From Catajapyx aquilonaris (lineage: Eukaryota), in assembly GCA_000934665.2 (NCBI GenBank), contig KZ538838.1, forward strand, positions 1 to 45,142: a DNA stretch of 45,142 nucleotides, given 5' to 3'. The position numbers and the translations under genes are program-made. Below are positions 10,769 to 21,615 of the stretch, piece after piece. Within the stretch, counting starts at the first letter, position 1, and each line of letters opens with the position of its first letter. Under the pieces are notes generated by a model. The model saw nothing but the letters and a program-made list of their open reading frames with translations. It did no database searches and was not told the origin of the DNA.

Positions 10769-12008
10769 TGGTAATATTTTTATTTATTTAAATAACAGAG
10801 CCCTTATTTTGTGCATACTGTATATCGATTACATAAACGCCATTGTGCTCCAAATAAGTTGAAATTCAACAGTTACAGTTTAAAATGGGGGTTTGTAGTC
10901 GATTTCCATATAAAACATTCCTCAACTCAATGGAATATGAATAATATAAATAAATGATAAATAATGCAATATAATAAATATGGAAAAGCGAAAATATTTA
11001 CATATCGCACAGTAATCACAGATCAATTTTTCGCCTAATACAGTATTAACTATAACATAATACCTCAGTTGACTATTTGTTGCTTTGTTGATATATATTT
11101 ATTCGCCTAATTTTGGTCCAGCTAAATGCCATAATGCGGCTGGAGGGAAGTATCGAAAAGAGACGTTGCACAAGTTCCACAAGCCTCTGAACTAAATTCA
11201 AGTAACTTTTGAACGTGACTACGTGAGGTTAAACCAATATACAGTATAATAATTAAGGATCATCTACTATAGGATTATACGTGCATGGGCAATAGGCCTT
11301 TGCAGTATAGTGTATAGTGCAGTTTAGGTAGGCTTCATCCTACATGGGAGCGAATGCTATCTATCTAGCTTATCTATTTGATTTTATAGCAATGGTTTAA
11401 TTTGATTTTAGTCTATGCAAAATTATCTGAGGCCCTTATTCAATCAATTTGTTAATCTCCTTTTCTCGCGATGATTTTGCTGGTGTTGAATTGAATTATT
11501 ATGAAGTCGACATGAAATACAATAAAAATACTGTAGCCTACGTGAAATAATGTGTCATATCGTCGTCAGATATATTCCCAATCCCATCTATGCCATTTCA
11601 CATACGAAATGTAACCAATATTTATCAATACTGTATAAATAATAAAATAAAGAAAGCAAGTGAGAATATACGAACTAACCCTAGTATGCCAAATAATTCG
11701 TCCGAAAGCATATTGCCATCACCTCTCACCGACTTCACACTTGATTTGATTTATAAAATTATTTTAAACCCAGCAGGTTCAATAAGGCAATGAAGGCTTT
11801 CCTTGTTTCCTATACCTTGGATGAGATACCGACAAACTGACAGTCCCAGCTAGAGACGTCTATTTTCTAGTAAGGCAGCAGAACTTTATTATATAGGCCA
11901 ATACGGCCCTACGTATTGAGGTGACCGTACACCTTAGGGTTTAAAATATTTTAAAATAAATCATATCAGCAATGAAATCATGATTCTTGAATCTTGATGG
12001 TCAACTTC

Positions 12009-12145
12009 ATGTCCCCTTGCCTTCCTCGTCATATCCACGATCACATTCATTATGTACGGTACTGTACTACGTAGCCTATGAGTTGCTGGACTGGATGACA
12101 TCTAGCGGCGACACCTGGACTACCAGCACAAGTGCACAACGCATC
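12009..12145. repeat. Dispersed direct repeat, copy 2 (contains CTCF-like motif on - strand)
   Basis: Same orientation as copy 1 and ~1.37 kb away; 47/51-nt core match. Confidence 0.85.
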
Positions 12146-12531
12146 ATGTTGAAGCGAACTATTTAAATTTTTTATTTTAATTTATTGTAGGCCTACAGGG
12201 GATTTCCGAATAAGAACTTGAAGGAACATCACCATCAGTAAATATACTAAGAGTGGCATTCAAATGTTACACACTTATTAGCTGGTTACGGCAACGGCTA
12301 CGGTGTATTACAAAAACAATTGATCACTGCTGATGTGTAGTCTGACTAAATGTAGTATAATTATTCCTGCTTCTCTCCAGGTACAACTTTGCCATAGTTA
12401 CCTTTAGTAATAGACGGATATTTTGTCGCATGTAGTTTTGGTCCGGCAAAGTGGCCTGTTACGCACTATTAAACCAAGTGCAAAATTATCATCTACAGTA
12501 GGCCTACGTGGAGGAGCAAAAGGCGCATACA

Positions 12532-12768
12532 CAGTGGCGGATCCAGGAATTTTTTCTGGGAGGGGCACAAGGGAACTTCTCGGGGNNNNNNNNNNNNNNN
12601 NNNNNNNNNNNNNNNNNNNNNNNNNNNNNNNNNNNNNNNNNNNNNNNNNNNNNNNNNNNNNNNNNNNNNNNNNNNNNNNNNNNNNNNNNNNNNNNNNNNN
12701 NNNNNNNNNNNNNNNNNNNNNNNNNNNNNNNNNNNNNNNNCCCCCCCCCCCCCCTAAATCCGCCCCTG
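12532..12768. mobile_element. hAT-type MITE spanning the assembly gap
   Basis: TIRs CAGTGGCGGATCCAGG / CCTAAATCCGCCCCTG; perfect 8-bp TSD CGCATACA at 12524-12531 and 12769-12776. Confidence 0.9.
12586..12740. other. Assembly gap (155 N) flanked by G and C runs
   Basis: Run of N inside the hAT MITE. Confidence 1.
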
Positions 12769-13203
12769 CGCATACAGTATACCTATAGTTTTGGTGTGTG
12801 AAGTAAAATTAAGTAGACGAGACTGCCTGCTGACTGCAACCTGCTTCTAACCAGATCTTGTTCTAACTAAGCAGCGATTTTGCTTGCGTAGAACTGACTA
12901 GTGAAGTACTCAAGTACAATATCGATGCAAGGATGAGTAGGCGGTACGCGCTTTAGTCAGCTGATAAATTCCCAAATCCACAGCTACGAATACAAGGATA
13001 CACGAATTAGCTCCACCGGTAATGACATTCAAAAGACCGATTCATTTGACCAATAAGGCCGCTAAACGAATTATGGTCTAAGAATGATACGTATAAAGCG
13101 CAGCGGTGAAAATGGCCGCAGACGATGATGTCGGGTGACCACTACCTTATCTGTATAGGGAGCGAAGGAAAGCAATTATACTCTGGTTCCTCTTCAATCC
13201 TCA

Positions 13204-13260
13204 TGTAAGGAAAGCAACAATCACATTAATAATATTAATGTGATTGTTGCTTTCCTTACA
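13204..13260. repeat. Perfect palindrome, 28-bp arms, 1-nt spacer
   Basis: TGTAAGGAAAGCAACAATCACATTAATA-A-TATTAATGTGATTGTTGCTTTCCTTACA. Confidence 0.95.
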
Positions 13261-13273
13261 CGAGTTACTTACA

Positions 13274-13312
13274 CAAAAGTTAAGGGGACATATTATGTCC
13301 CCTTAACTTTTG
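13274..13312. repeat. Perfect palindrome, 19-bp arms, 1-nt spacer
   Basis: CAAAAGTTAAGGGGACATA-T-TATGTCCCCTTAACTTTTG. Confidence 0.95.
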
Positions 13313-15352
13313 GGTTTCAAAAAATTATATTAAGTATAAATAAAATCAAACATTACAGGGCATTGTCGAAATTAGGAGTGGTATTGATAACAATCATCGT
13401 TATTGTTCGAGTGAAACACAGAGTTCGGCAACTATCCGCTATGTGGCAGCACTCCTTCACCAGCCTTCACCTCCATTAACCTCCATTGCCCAGAAGCGCC
13501 TTCACACGCTCAAATCCCGAACTACCACCACATTTCTATAAAACCCTCCCGAGATAAGCATCGATTACGGTCCATTTTCCAGTCATAGATGGGACCTCCC
13601 GATAGTAAATTTCAATCGGCCTCCACAACATAATCCCACCCTAATTCTTTTTTCGTACCCGTTTGATACCCATCACTGCCTCGAGAATCCAGCGCCCCGG
13701 AATGAATAACAAGCGTTTCAATTAATAGGCACGAAAATGCATTGGGCGTACAAGATAGTGCGGACAGAAAAAGCTAGTGGTGCTTCGAAGAAAAAAAAAT
13801 AATTTCCTCCCTCAATCTCGGTCGTGTCAGTCAAACGGGCCTAAATAGCATCCGGTAGGTGTGAAAGCCGTCACTCGCCGGCCTCATTTCGGGACACGCT
13901 AATTACAGACTCGCTCTGCCAATCAACGGTTCTCGCTAAGAAATTCACGCTGATTGTCGCTAAATATTGCATTCATTTTTTAAAATTTTTAGTTGATTAT
14001 AAATTTTTAGTTGAAAATATTTTAGTGGGCAGGTAGAGTCGATGTGGAGGGTCCCTTTTGGAGCGGGCAGGCTGTGAAAGCTCGGCCTTTTCTGGAAAAT
14101 TTCCCATTACATAGGTGTCAGGTGCGGGAGGGGGCCGTCACTTCTTTTCACGCCGCCGAACCCGCCCATCTTGAAAACCCACCCCATGGCCCTCTGATCT
14201 GTGTGGTATGTGAGCTTCCCTATTCCTTCGCCAAAAACCAGGAGGGGGAAACAATGGCCGACCTCGACATGCATAGTTATCAACATGGAAGGGGGGGATT
14301 CACACGATATAAATAAATGTTAATTGCCTGTGTCCAATTGGCAAAACAGCAAGGTGAAGTCCTACTCGTATGGCTCATATTTCTTTGGTTGACAGGCCAG
14401 GAGGAAGGAAGGACCATCCAAAAAGGGCACCTGGGCCTAAGGAAGTTGCGGGCTTCTTCTTCTTCACGCCTCTCATCTGCTAAATTGGCCTTAACCAGAG
14501 ACAGAGGCACGTGCAATGGAGGGCCCCCAAGCATGGGGGATTCAATCCCTGCCATTCAGCGATAATTAATTCGCCCGCCGACTTAGCCGATCTTCACGCT
14601 CGCTACACCTTTCCCCAAACAACTAATTGCCATTTGCTTGTCGACTTCAGTTGCATACTACCCCGTTTTTTGGTGTGGGAACGACTCAAGAATCCGGCCA
14701 AAATGCTGGGTCAGATTTATGATTGTTTGGCCATCATCACCATTCAAAGGGACCATTGTGCCTACCTTTAGAATGCGGTCCACCTTTAACCGCTGGGTTC
14801 TCTTCAAGCTCGCCGCTGGAAACTAGGACCACACGTGAAACTTTGGAAGGTAAAACCGGCGGGTATTACGATGCAATTACTCAAAAAGACATTGCGGTTA
14901 CAGAAAGAGCATGCGGAGCGTGATTGCATGCCTTTCCCTCAGGTGAGGAGACAGGAACTGTGATGTGACGCTATCTTATCACTATATGCTTATTGATGGG
15001 TTAGAAAGGGTTTCAGGCATATATCAAATGGGGTTCAGCTCCTGGGAGGCTGTGGGCTACTTCTGACATAGTTGCCTGTTGTCGACCTGTATGCATCACT
15101 GGCAAAAATAGATTAGTCAGAACCGTGGTCAGACCTATAATATGGATAATGCACGCAAAGAAATTGACGGCAAAATTGTGTAAATAGGCGGATTGGCTAT
15201 CAGTCATCGGGTGTCAAGCAGAACGCATTTATTTGGTGAATGCAGATGGCTTATCGCACTAGGTTATTAAAGGGATATGCGCCATATTCGGTCGGTGGTG
15301 TCAATATAGTTGACAAAATTTGGTTTATATTCAGTTTGAGGGAAGCCTCACT

Positions 15353-15398
15353 ATGTGCATGATTTATATCATGCGCGCATGATATAAATCATGCACAT
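15353..15398. repeat. Perfect 46-bp spacerless palindrome with internally palindromic arms
   Basis: ATGTGCATGATTTATATCATGCG|CGCATGATATAAATCATGCACAT. Confidence 0.95.
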
Positions 15399-16957
15399 GC
15401 ACATGCAAACGTAGCAGGTCCTAAATATCCTCAGCTATACGTATGCACAGAAGTGGGGGGTAGAAATTGCACGCTATCATTAAAAATAATGTCACAATTC
15501 GCAGCTTAAAATTGCTTTTGTTACCAGTTTACATTTTTGGTGTTCAGCGGTATGATGGATTTCGGCAACTTCCAGGGGTGAAATCCTAGACACAAGAGTA
15601 TTTCATTCTCAATGGCTTTATTTATTTAAGTTGGTTGGCCTGCAGCAACGGCCACTTTGCCGACCAAATATACAAGGTATATACGTATTCCCCCATAACC
15701 CCCCCCCANCCCCCCCATCATAATCTCAAATGACAAAAAAATACATCTCAACACATTTCAACACATCAAAAGTAGCCTATCATTAAAACACAGGAGTATC
15801 ATTTTATGTGGAGGTGTCGTTGGGATTCAGTAACGTCGTTATCAAGATAATGGACATTAATCTAAAATAATTATACCCATATCCTATTAATATCCGAACT
15901 GCCTCCTACACTTATACGTTAGTGAAGCCGAAATTCAAATTTAAATTCCAAGGTAACTTGAATAACACCTTAACTCTATGTACAGTATAGAAAATTTAAT
16001 GCCACACTGAGGGATGCATATCTGAAATACCTTGTGTTTAAAACTTATTGCCTCGCTAATGAGACATTGGAGACGATGCAAAGTTGATCATCAGATGCTT
16101 TATAGATATAGGAATCCATTCTGTATATGTAAGGAATCATTGCGAAACTAACTCTCTGCGTAAGGCCATTTCACAAAAAAAAAAACGCGCGGCAAACGGC
16201 GCGCGTTGTGGCATATTTATTATTTATATTTATTATTGCCAATAATTAATAACAATTGGCGGGGCAGGCGTTTACCGCTTGTCGCTGCCCTCCTAAACAG
16301 TGACGCGCTGTTGCATATGAACGCAAAATGATGGGAAATCTCTGATTATGTACACGTAAGTATTCCCCGATATAATAATTATTATAATCATAATATTTCT
16401 CCTTTATTTCCATTGACACAGCCACTTAAAACAAACGTCACTTTCTCCTGTATTTAGCAGGCGATCAAAATTATAGTATATAGTCAAGGATCTGCTTCCA
16501 CCGGATAGTATAGCTTTTAAATGTTCGGATTTATTACAACTGGAGAGAAGTTACTGTTAAAGTGCTGAATTCACACGGACATTGCTCCCTTTGTCTTTGA
16601 GTACTGGAGTTCACCAATAAGTGCAGATAGTGATGCCCGTCCATGTCGGACCGCAGAGGTTGGAACATTCCAACCTCAACTATATCCAAAGACAACGAGG
16701 TGGGGCCATGATGAACACAGCAAATGAGCACCCCAAGTTCGGTCGCTTTCAACGTCCCGTAATATTTCTTTCAACGTACATGTTTGAATACAATATACGG
16801 TAGGTTACAGTATTTGGAATTTTATAAAGCACAGTTATAGCCTTATAGCTACGACAGACTATGCATAGCATTGGAAGAAGAGGTAATGTCCCACCTAGTT
16901 TATTGTCTGCCGGAGTTGTTTGATGCACGATATTATCAAGATAAAATGATCGCATGT

Positions 16958-17318
16958 TTTTATTTTTTTATTTATTTATTTTACCCCGTGATGTCCCTTA
17001 CGGGAGCTATAGGGGGTGGCATACCACCATCAGTTTTCTGTATATACTGTATTTTCACTTCATTCTCCGGTGCAAGGAAACAGGGACAATGGGAAAGGAT
17101 ATACGAATTTTTGGGGGGAGGGAACATGGGTGCAAGGTGCAATGTCGTAGCTACGGGTCATGTGCTGTCCCCCAGGAGGTTAGGTTGCCAGACACCTTGG
17201 TGCAGGTCAGAGACCCTCCTGACGCAGGTGAAAGGAAAGTTCCCCAGGCGGGGATCGAACCTGGGGCCTTTCACTCAGCAAGCCGAGACGTTACCATCTC
17301 GGCCATCTACACCTCCCC
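16958..17318 (-). mobile_element. Full-length tRNA-derived SINE (~361 bp)
   Basis: The minus strand starts GGGGAGGTGTAGATGGCCGAGATGGTAA (A box), has GGTTCGATCCC (B box), and ends in a stem-loop plus an (AAAT)n/A-rich tail. Perfect 15-bp TSD AAAATGATCGCATGT at 16943-16957 and 17319-17333. Confidence 0.93.
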
Positions 17319-17824
17319 AAAATGATCGCATGTACGTAATATTAACTTAAATGCCGCCTGAAGCAGTAGCAGTATAATGAATTTCGGTATTATACTGTAA
17401 TTGACCAAGGAATCGTCCCGCGTGAAGAAAATGCAATAGTTACTGACAACCCTGTATATTTGCCGTGAGCTCTTGAGCAGCTGTCCCACACTACACAATA
17501 AATTCTTCCTGCTCAGTGTTACATAGGCTTACTACACACTATCGGCTCACGACAATACTCAGATTCTACTTGCATATCAATATTCAGGCCACTCATGTGA
17601 AGAGTATTATATTGACGTTGGAAGAGGATCTTCTTGGCATGTTTATTATTAGACGTGAATAGCCTGTATTCCAGATATATCTTCTCATTTATGAAACATA
17701 GCAAACAGAAGCAACAAATGTTTGTCCTCTCTAACATTATCGACACCAAGTTACTTATTTTTGAAATTAATACTGTATACCTGCTGTAATACAAAGCTTT
17801 CATAAATTATGTCCAAATCCAGTA

Positions 17825-18394
17825 CAGTGGGACCCGATTATTTGGACCACATCGGGGCCACGGCATTTTGTCCCAATAAAGCGGGGGTTCGATTAACCGG
17901 GGTTCATGTGAAACAATGGGGGGGGGGGNGGGGGGGAACGCGCAAAATTATACTGCACTACCAGCTTTAATCCTCAAAAATTATTGCACAACTGACTGGT
18001 GAAGGTAAAATCGATGTAATTATAAAAGTGACTGTGTCATGTAAGTGTCATGCGTAAGTGCAAAGTACTGTACTGTACAGTAATTTTAGTGCTCACTCCG
18101 CTGTAAAAAAAATTGTCTAGTAACACCTGTCGGGTTCTTGTTTTTGACTTCATGTTAACAAAGTCCGCACACGTGTCGAGTGCAGTCACAGGACCGCCGT
18201 AATTCCCTAATTGAAACAAAAAATCGTCAGTAGCATTATATACCAACCAAACTGGTCCGACTAACCGGGGAAATCACCAGCTATGCGGGGAAAAATTACA
18301 TTTATGGTATTGATCTGATTCTTGGTCCTGGCGATTCGGTCCAAAAATGCGGGGGGCCAGATAAACCGGGCCACCAATAAAGCTGGTCGCACTT
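17825..18394. mobile_element. Degenerate Tc1/mariner (pogo/Tigger-like) MITE
   Basis: Left end TA|CAGTGGGACCCGATTATTTGG; right end CCAATAAAGCTGGTCGCACTT (15/21 inverted match); subterminal repeats CGA(T/C)TAACCGGGG and CCAATAAAGC near both ends. Confidence 0.65.
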
Positions 18395-19653
18395 TTTAAG
18401 TATGCTGTACATACATGTGGTGAGAAAATGCCATGGTTTAAAATTTTCAGTTATTTTTTAAATGTAGTACTCACAAATATTCACTATAAAATGACCTTCC
18501 ACCACGTCCCATAATTTTTAAGCTGGTAGAGATGTGTGATCAACTGATCACGAAACAAGAGCTACGACGCACCATATAAATACTGTAGCTATAATCGGAT
18601 CAAGAGTCGTATCGGATCAAACAATTACCGGTAACCGTAAAACTTTAATATTATAAAAAAAACCTACAACCCTTTCATTTTAGACTTATTGCGGGCCAAG
18701 GTGACGGAATGACACGGAGTTCTGACTCACCCTGGCAAGTTTCAATTGAATAAAATTGCAACCGGTGACGAAAGAGGCGCTTCGTAAACTTCGCGCAACC
18801 GATGGGGAACGTGACATTGCAGATGTATCCCGATGATTCGCGCTACTACGCAGCCAACATCCGCCCATGATATACTGTACGAGTGTACGGTATGCGTCTT
18901 AATGACTAAGCAAATATAAAGCTGGTAATTCCTTAATTGCGCCATAAATTACCGCATTAAAATATCAGCAATAATGACAACCCCTGGTTTTGATGCGCAG
19001 CAGGAGACGGTTTCATAACTGTTATATTATTGTACTAGTAATTTTTCCCCTTTTGTAGGCATCACTTGAGCCCTACATGGGCGCTTATGCCATCAGTGGT
19101 CAGGGAGCGACAGAGTAAGAGAACACGACCATAATGGATGTGCTTTCACACGCTGATACGCAGGAAGTGTGTGAGTTTCTCATAATTGAATCAACTCAAT
19201 ATGAATCTTGCTTCCTTGTCGTCATTGTCGTTGTTAGAGTTAATCGTAACATTTCATGCTCTTTAAAGGCATATCATATTGTAACCCCGTGATCCTGATA
19301 TCCAATATTGCAAATTCAATTTTGGAATGGAGAAACAAAAATGATAAGTTATATTTCCAATGCAGAGCGGAGAGGTCAAACTAATGCTGCAATGACAGAT
19401 TGGTTGTGTTGGAATGCACCAGGTGTGCTTCCATTTAAATGACATTTGGAGTCGGCGATTTTTGGCACTAAGCAGCTTATTTCAATCAGATACTTTTGCA
19501 ATTTCTCTTAGTGGTTATTATCAGAAGTATTAGCTGCCAATATTAGGTCGTGTGAAGTGAACCCCTTCTTTTCAAACCTGCAAGCGGAGATGCCAATGGC
19601 TCCATATCCTGACATCTAATTCATGATATTCATCATTTCCGCATAGGCTAATA

Positions 19654-20306
19654 CAGCAAAACCTGTCAAATTGGTCACCTTAATAAGTTGGCCACCTCTC
19701 CTACGTATGTTGGGGATTATTTTTGGAACAGTTAAAAAGCCCAGCCCTTTCAATTTTGCTAAGTTGGACACCTCTCTCTCTCTCTTGGATCTTTATACGT
19801 ATACACATTAGGCCTACAATTTTCATATTTACTCTAGGTGCATTTTCCGTCGTTATTCATTAAAATTGAACCATGCTGAGGTCTGAATACATTTTGTGAA
19901 GTATGCCTGAGTCAATTTAGCGCCACAAGATTATCGACCAAATTTTTGCTGTCCGAAAGACATTTGAAATTTCTGTAATATTAGAAGGAAATAGTGATAA
20001 ACTTAAAACAGTCATTTGTTACCGACTTTTTAAACCAAAAAGTAGGTCAGTTCCAGGAATAATTGTATGTAGATGTAGATTGTCCCGAAAATAAATAAAT
20101 GTACTATACGTGAATTTCATTTATTTTAGAAATTGAATTCTGGATGAATACTGCACAGTACTTACGTTGAATTGTATTCTACTGTGCTGCACTATAAAAC
20201 CCGTTAGGTTGAAATCCTAATAGGTGGGATATCACTCTCCTTATATGTTGAACATTTTAAATGGAACCGACAGTGTCCAACATAGACAGGTTTTAGTGTT
20301 TTACTG
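19654..20306. mobile_element. Degenerate pogo/Tigger-like MITE
   Basis: Left TA|CAGCAAAACCTGTCAAATTGGTCAC; right GTGTCCAACATAGACAGGTTTT...ACTG|TA; internal AAGTTGG(C/A)CACCT repeats. Confidence 0.5.
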
Positions 20307-21560
20307 TATCTGTATTCACAATATTATTCGACTGAAAAGGTCCAGCATCAATATTCACACCCAGCATTAGATGAACGGGTTATCTTCCAAGCCCAGCATG
20401 TGCTAATGACTCCTTCTATTGAGCTTCTTCTGAGACGGATATTCCCACTGGGAAATACCCAAAATGTCAAAGGCAATGCACACGCACCACTTCTTCCTGG
20501 AATCCCTCCCTTGCTTGTTGAGAGGCGTATAAAGTCATATTGCTCCTACACTTAATTGACAAACAACACCTACACTCACTGTCACTCCCATCCCACAATA
20601 TTATGCACTTAATAGTAGCCGATTATTTTGGAATTCTCCGAGTTCAAACCCATGCTGTGGGAGTTGGTCAAAATATTTTCCGCACATTTAGTAATGGTAC
20701 ACATTATGAAAGTACTGAGATTCTTTGTGTCGATTGATTCATCTATTCCAATCCCATTTTTATTTTATTTATATGCACCATGGATATAGTGGGCCCAGCC
20801 TAACTTGCCATTGACGTCATCATTTTGTTTACCGACTCCTAGCCGAACATATCAAATAAAATTATGTGAACACCGAGCACTCGATCGCCATATACAAACA
20901 ACACCGTTGCCACCTTTCAAAACAGCACGTGCATCGTCCTCCCCCCACCTCCATCCAAACCCATCACCGAGACAAGGCAGAGAGTGCTAATTGCACATCC
21001 ATTGTTGGCAAACAGTCGGACGAACGAGCGATCAATCCACACGAAGAAGGTTTCATCTTGAATCCTATTGTGCCAGCTCGGACTTGAAGAAGACGCCGAT
21101 TCCGCTGTGTCACTCTTCTGAAGAGGGCCACCCTTATTGTCACGCGCCACTCAATAATCCATCCATCTGGGTATATAATATACCAAATAGTCCCACATGT
21201 GCCTTGTGGCATGAGAGTGTGGGTTTAGGTGTAAAAGGAAGGAAGGAAAGGCACGCCGGTCCCGCCCCTTGGCCGCTTCGGATGGCACCTCTCCGGCCAA
21301 TGAAGAGCGTCCCAGGAGGCCTTCAAAGACACCGCCAGGTAAGGGAGAATGAGAAAAAAAAAGAAGGGGGGAGAACTCGAAGAAGGCCAGCCAGCCAGCT
21401 CTCCAACTGGGGAGGAAAAGGGGACCACCACCAAAGGCACAACAAGCGAAAGAGAGCTACAGGTGGACGGTCACTTCTTCGCGGGGTCTCATCACCTGAA
21501 TATATCAACCGCAGGCAGTGTCCAGTCCGACACAAACGACACGTCCGGTTGGCCCATCAC

Positions 21561-21615
21561 ATGGCCATTTCGACACTCAACATGACGCCGTACTTCACTG
21601 GATATCCGTTTCAAG
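21561..21615 (+). CDS. gsb: gooseberry-type Pax3/7, coding exon 1 (MAISTLNMTPYFTGYPFQG)
   Basis: Peptide closely matches the Drosophila Gsb N-terminus as I recall it (MAVSALNMTPYFGGYPFQG). Donor CAAG|gtatgg is phase 1 and joins in frame to exon 2 across a 5777-nt intron. Confidence 0.92.

Noticed and set aside
16871..17350. 159-aa and 123-aa ORFs, and a possible tRNA gene
   Set aside because: The ORFs are the antisense of the SINE; the tRNA-like head continues into a SINE body with tail and TSD.
20442..20454. TTCCCA-C-TGGGAA as a second Su(H) paired site
   Set aside because: Wrong orientation and spacing for an SPS.
21501..21530. TATA/Inr for gsb
   Set aside because: TATATCAA and CCAGTC are non-consensus and poorly spaced; the TSS cannot be placed from sequence alone.
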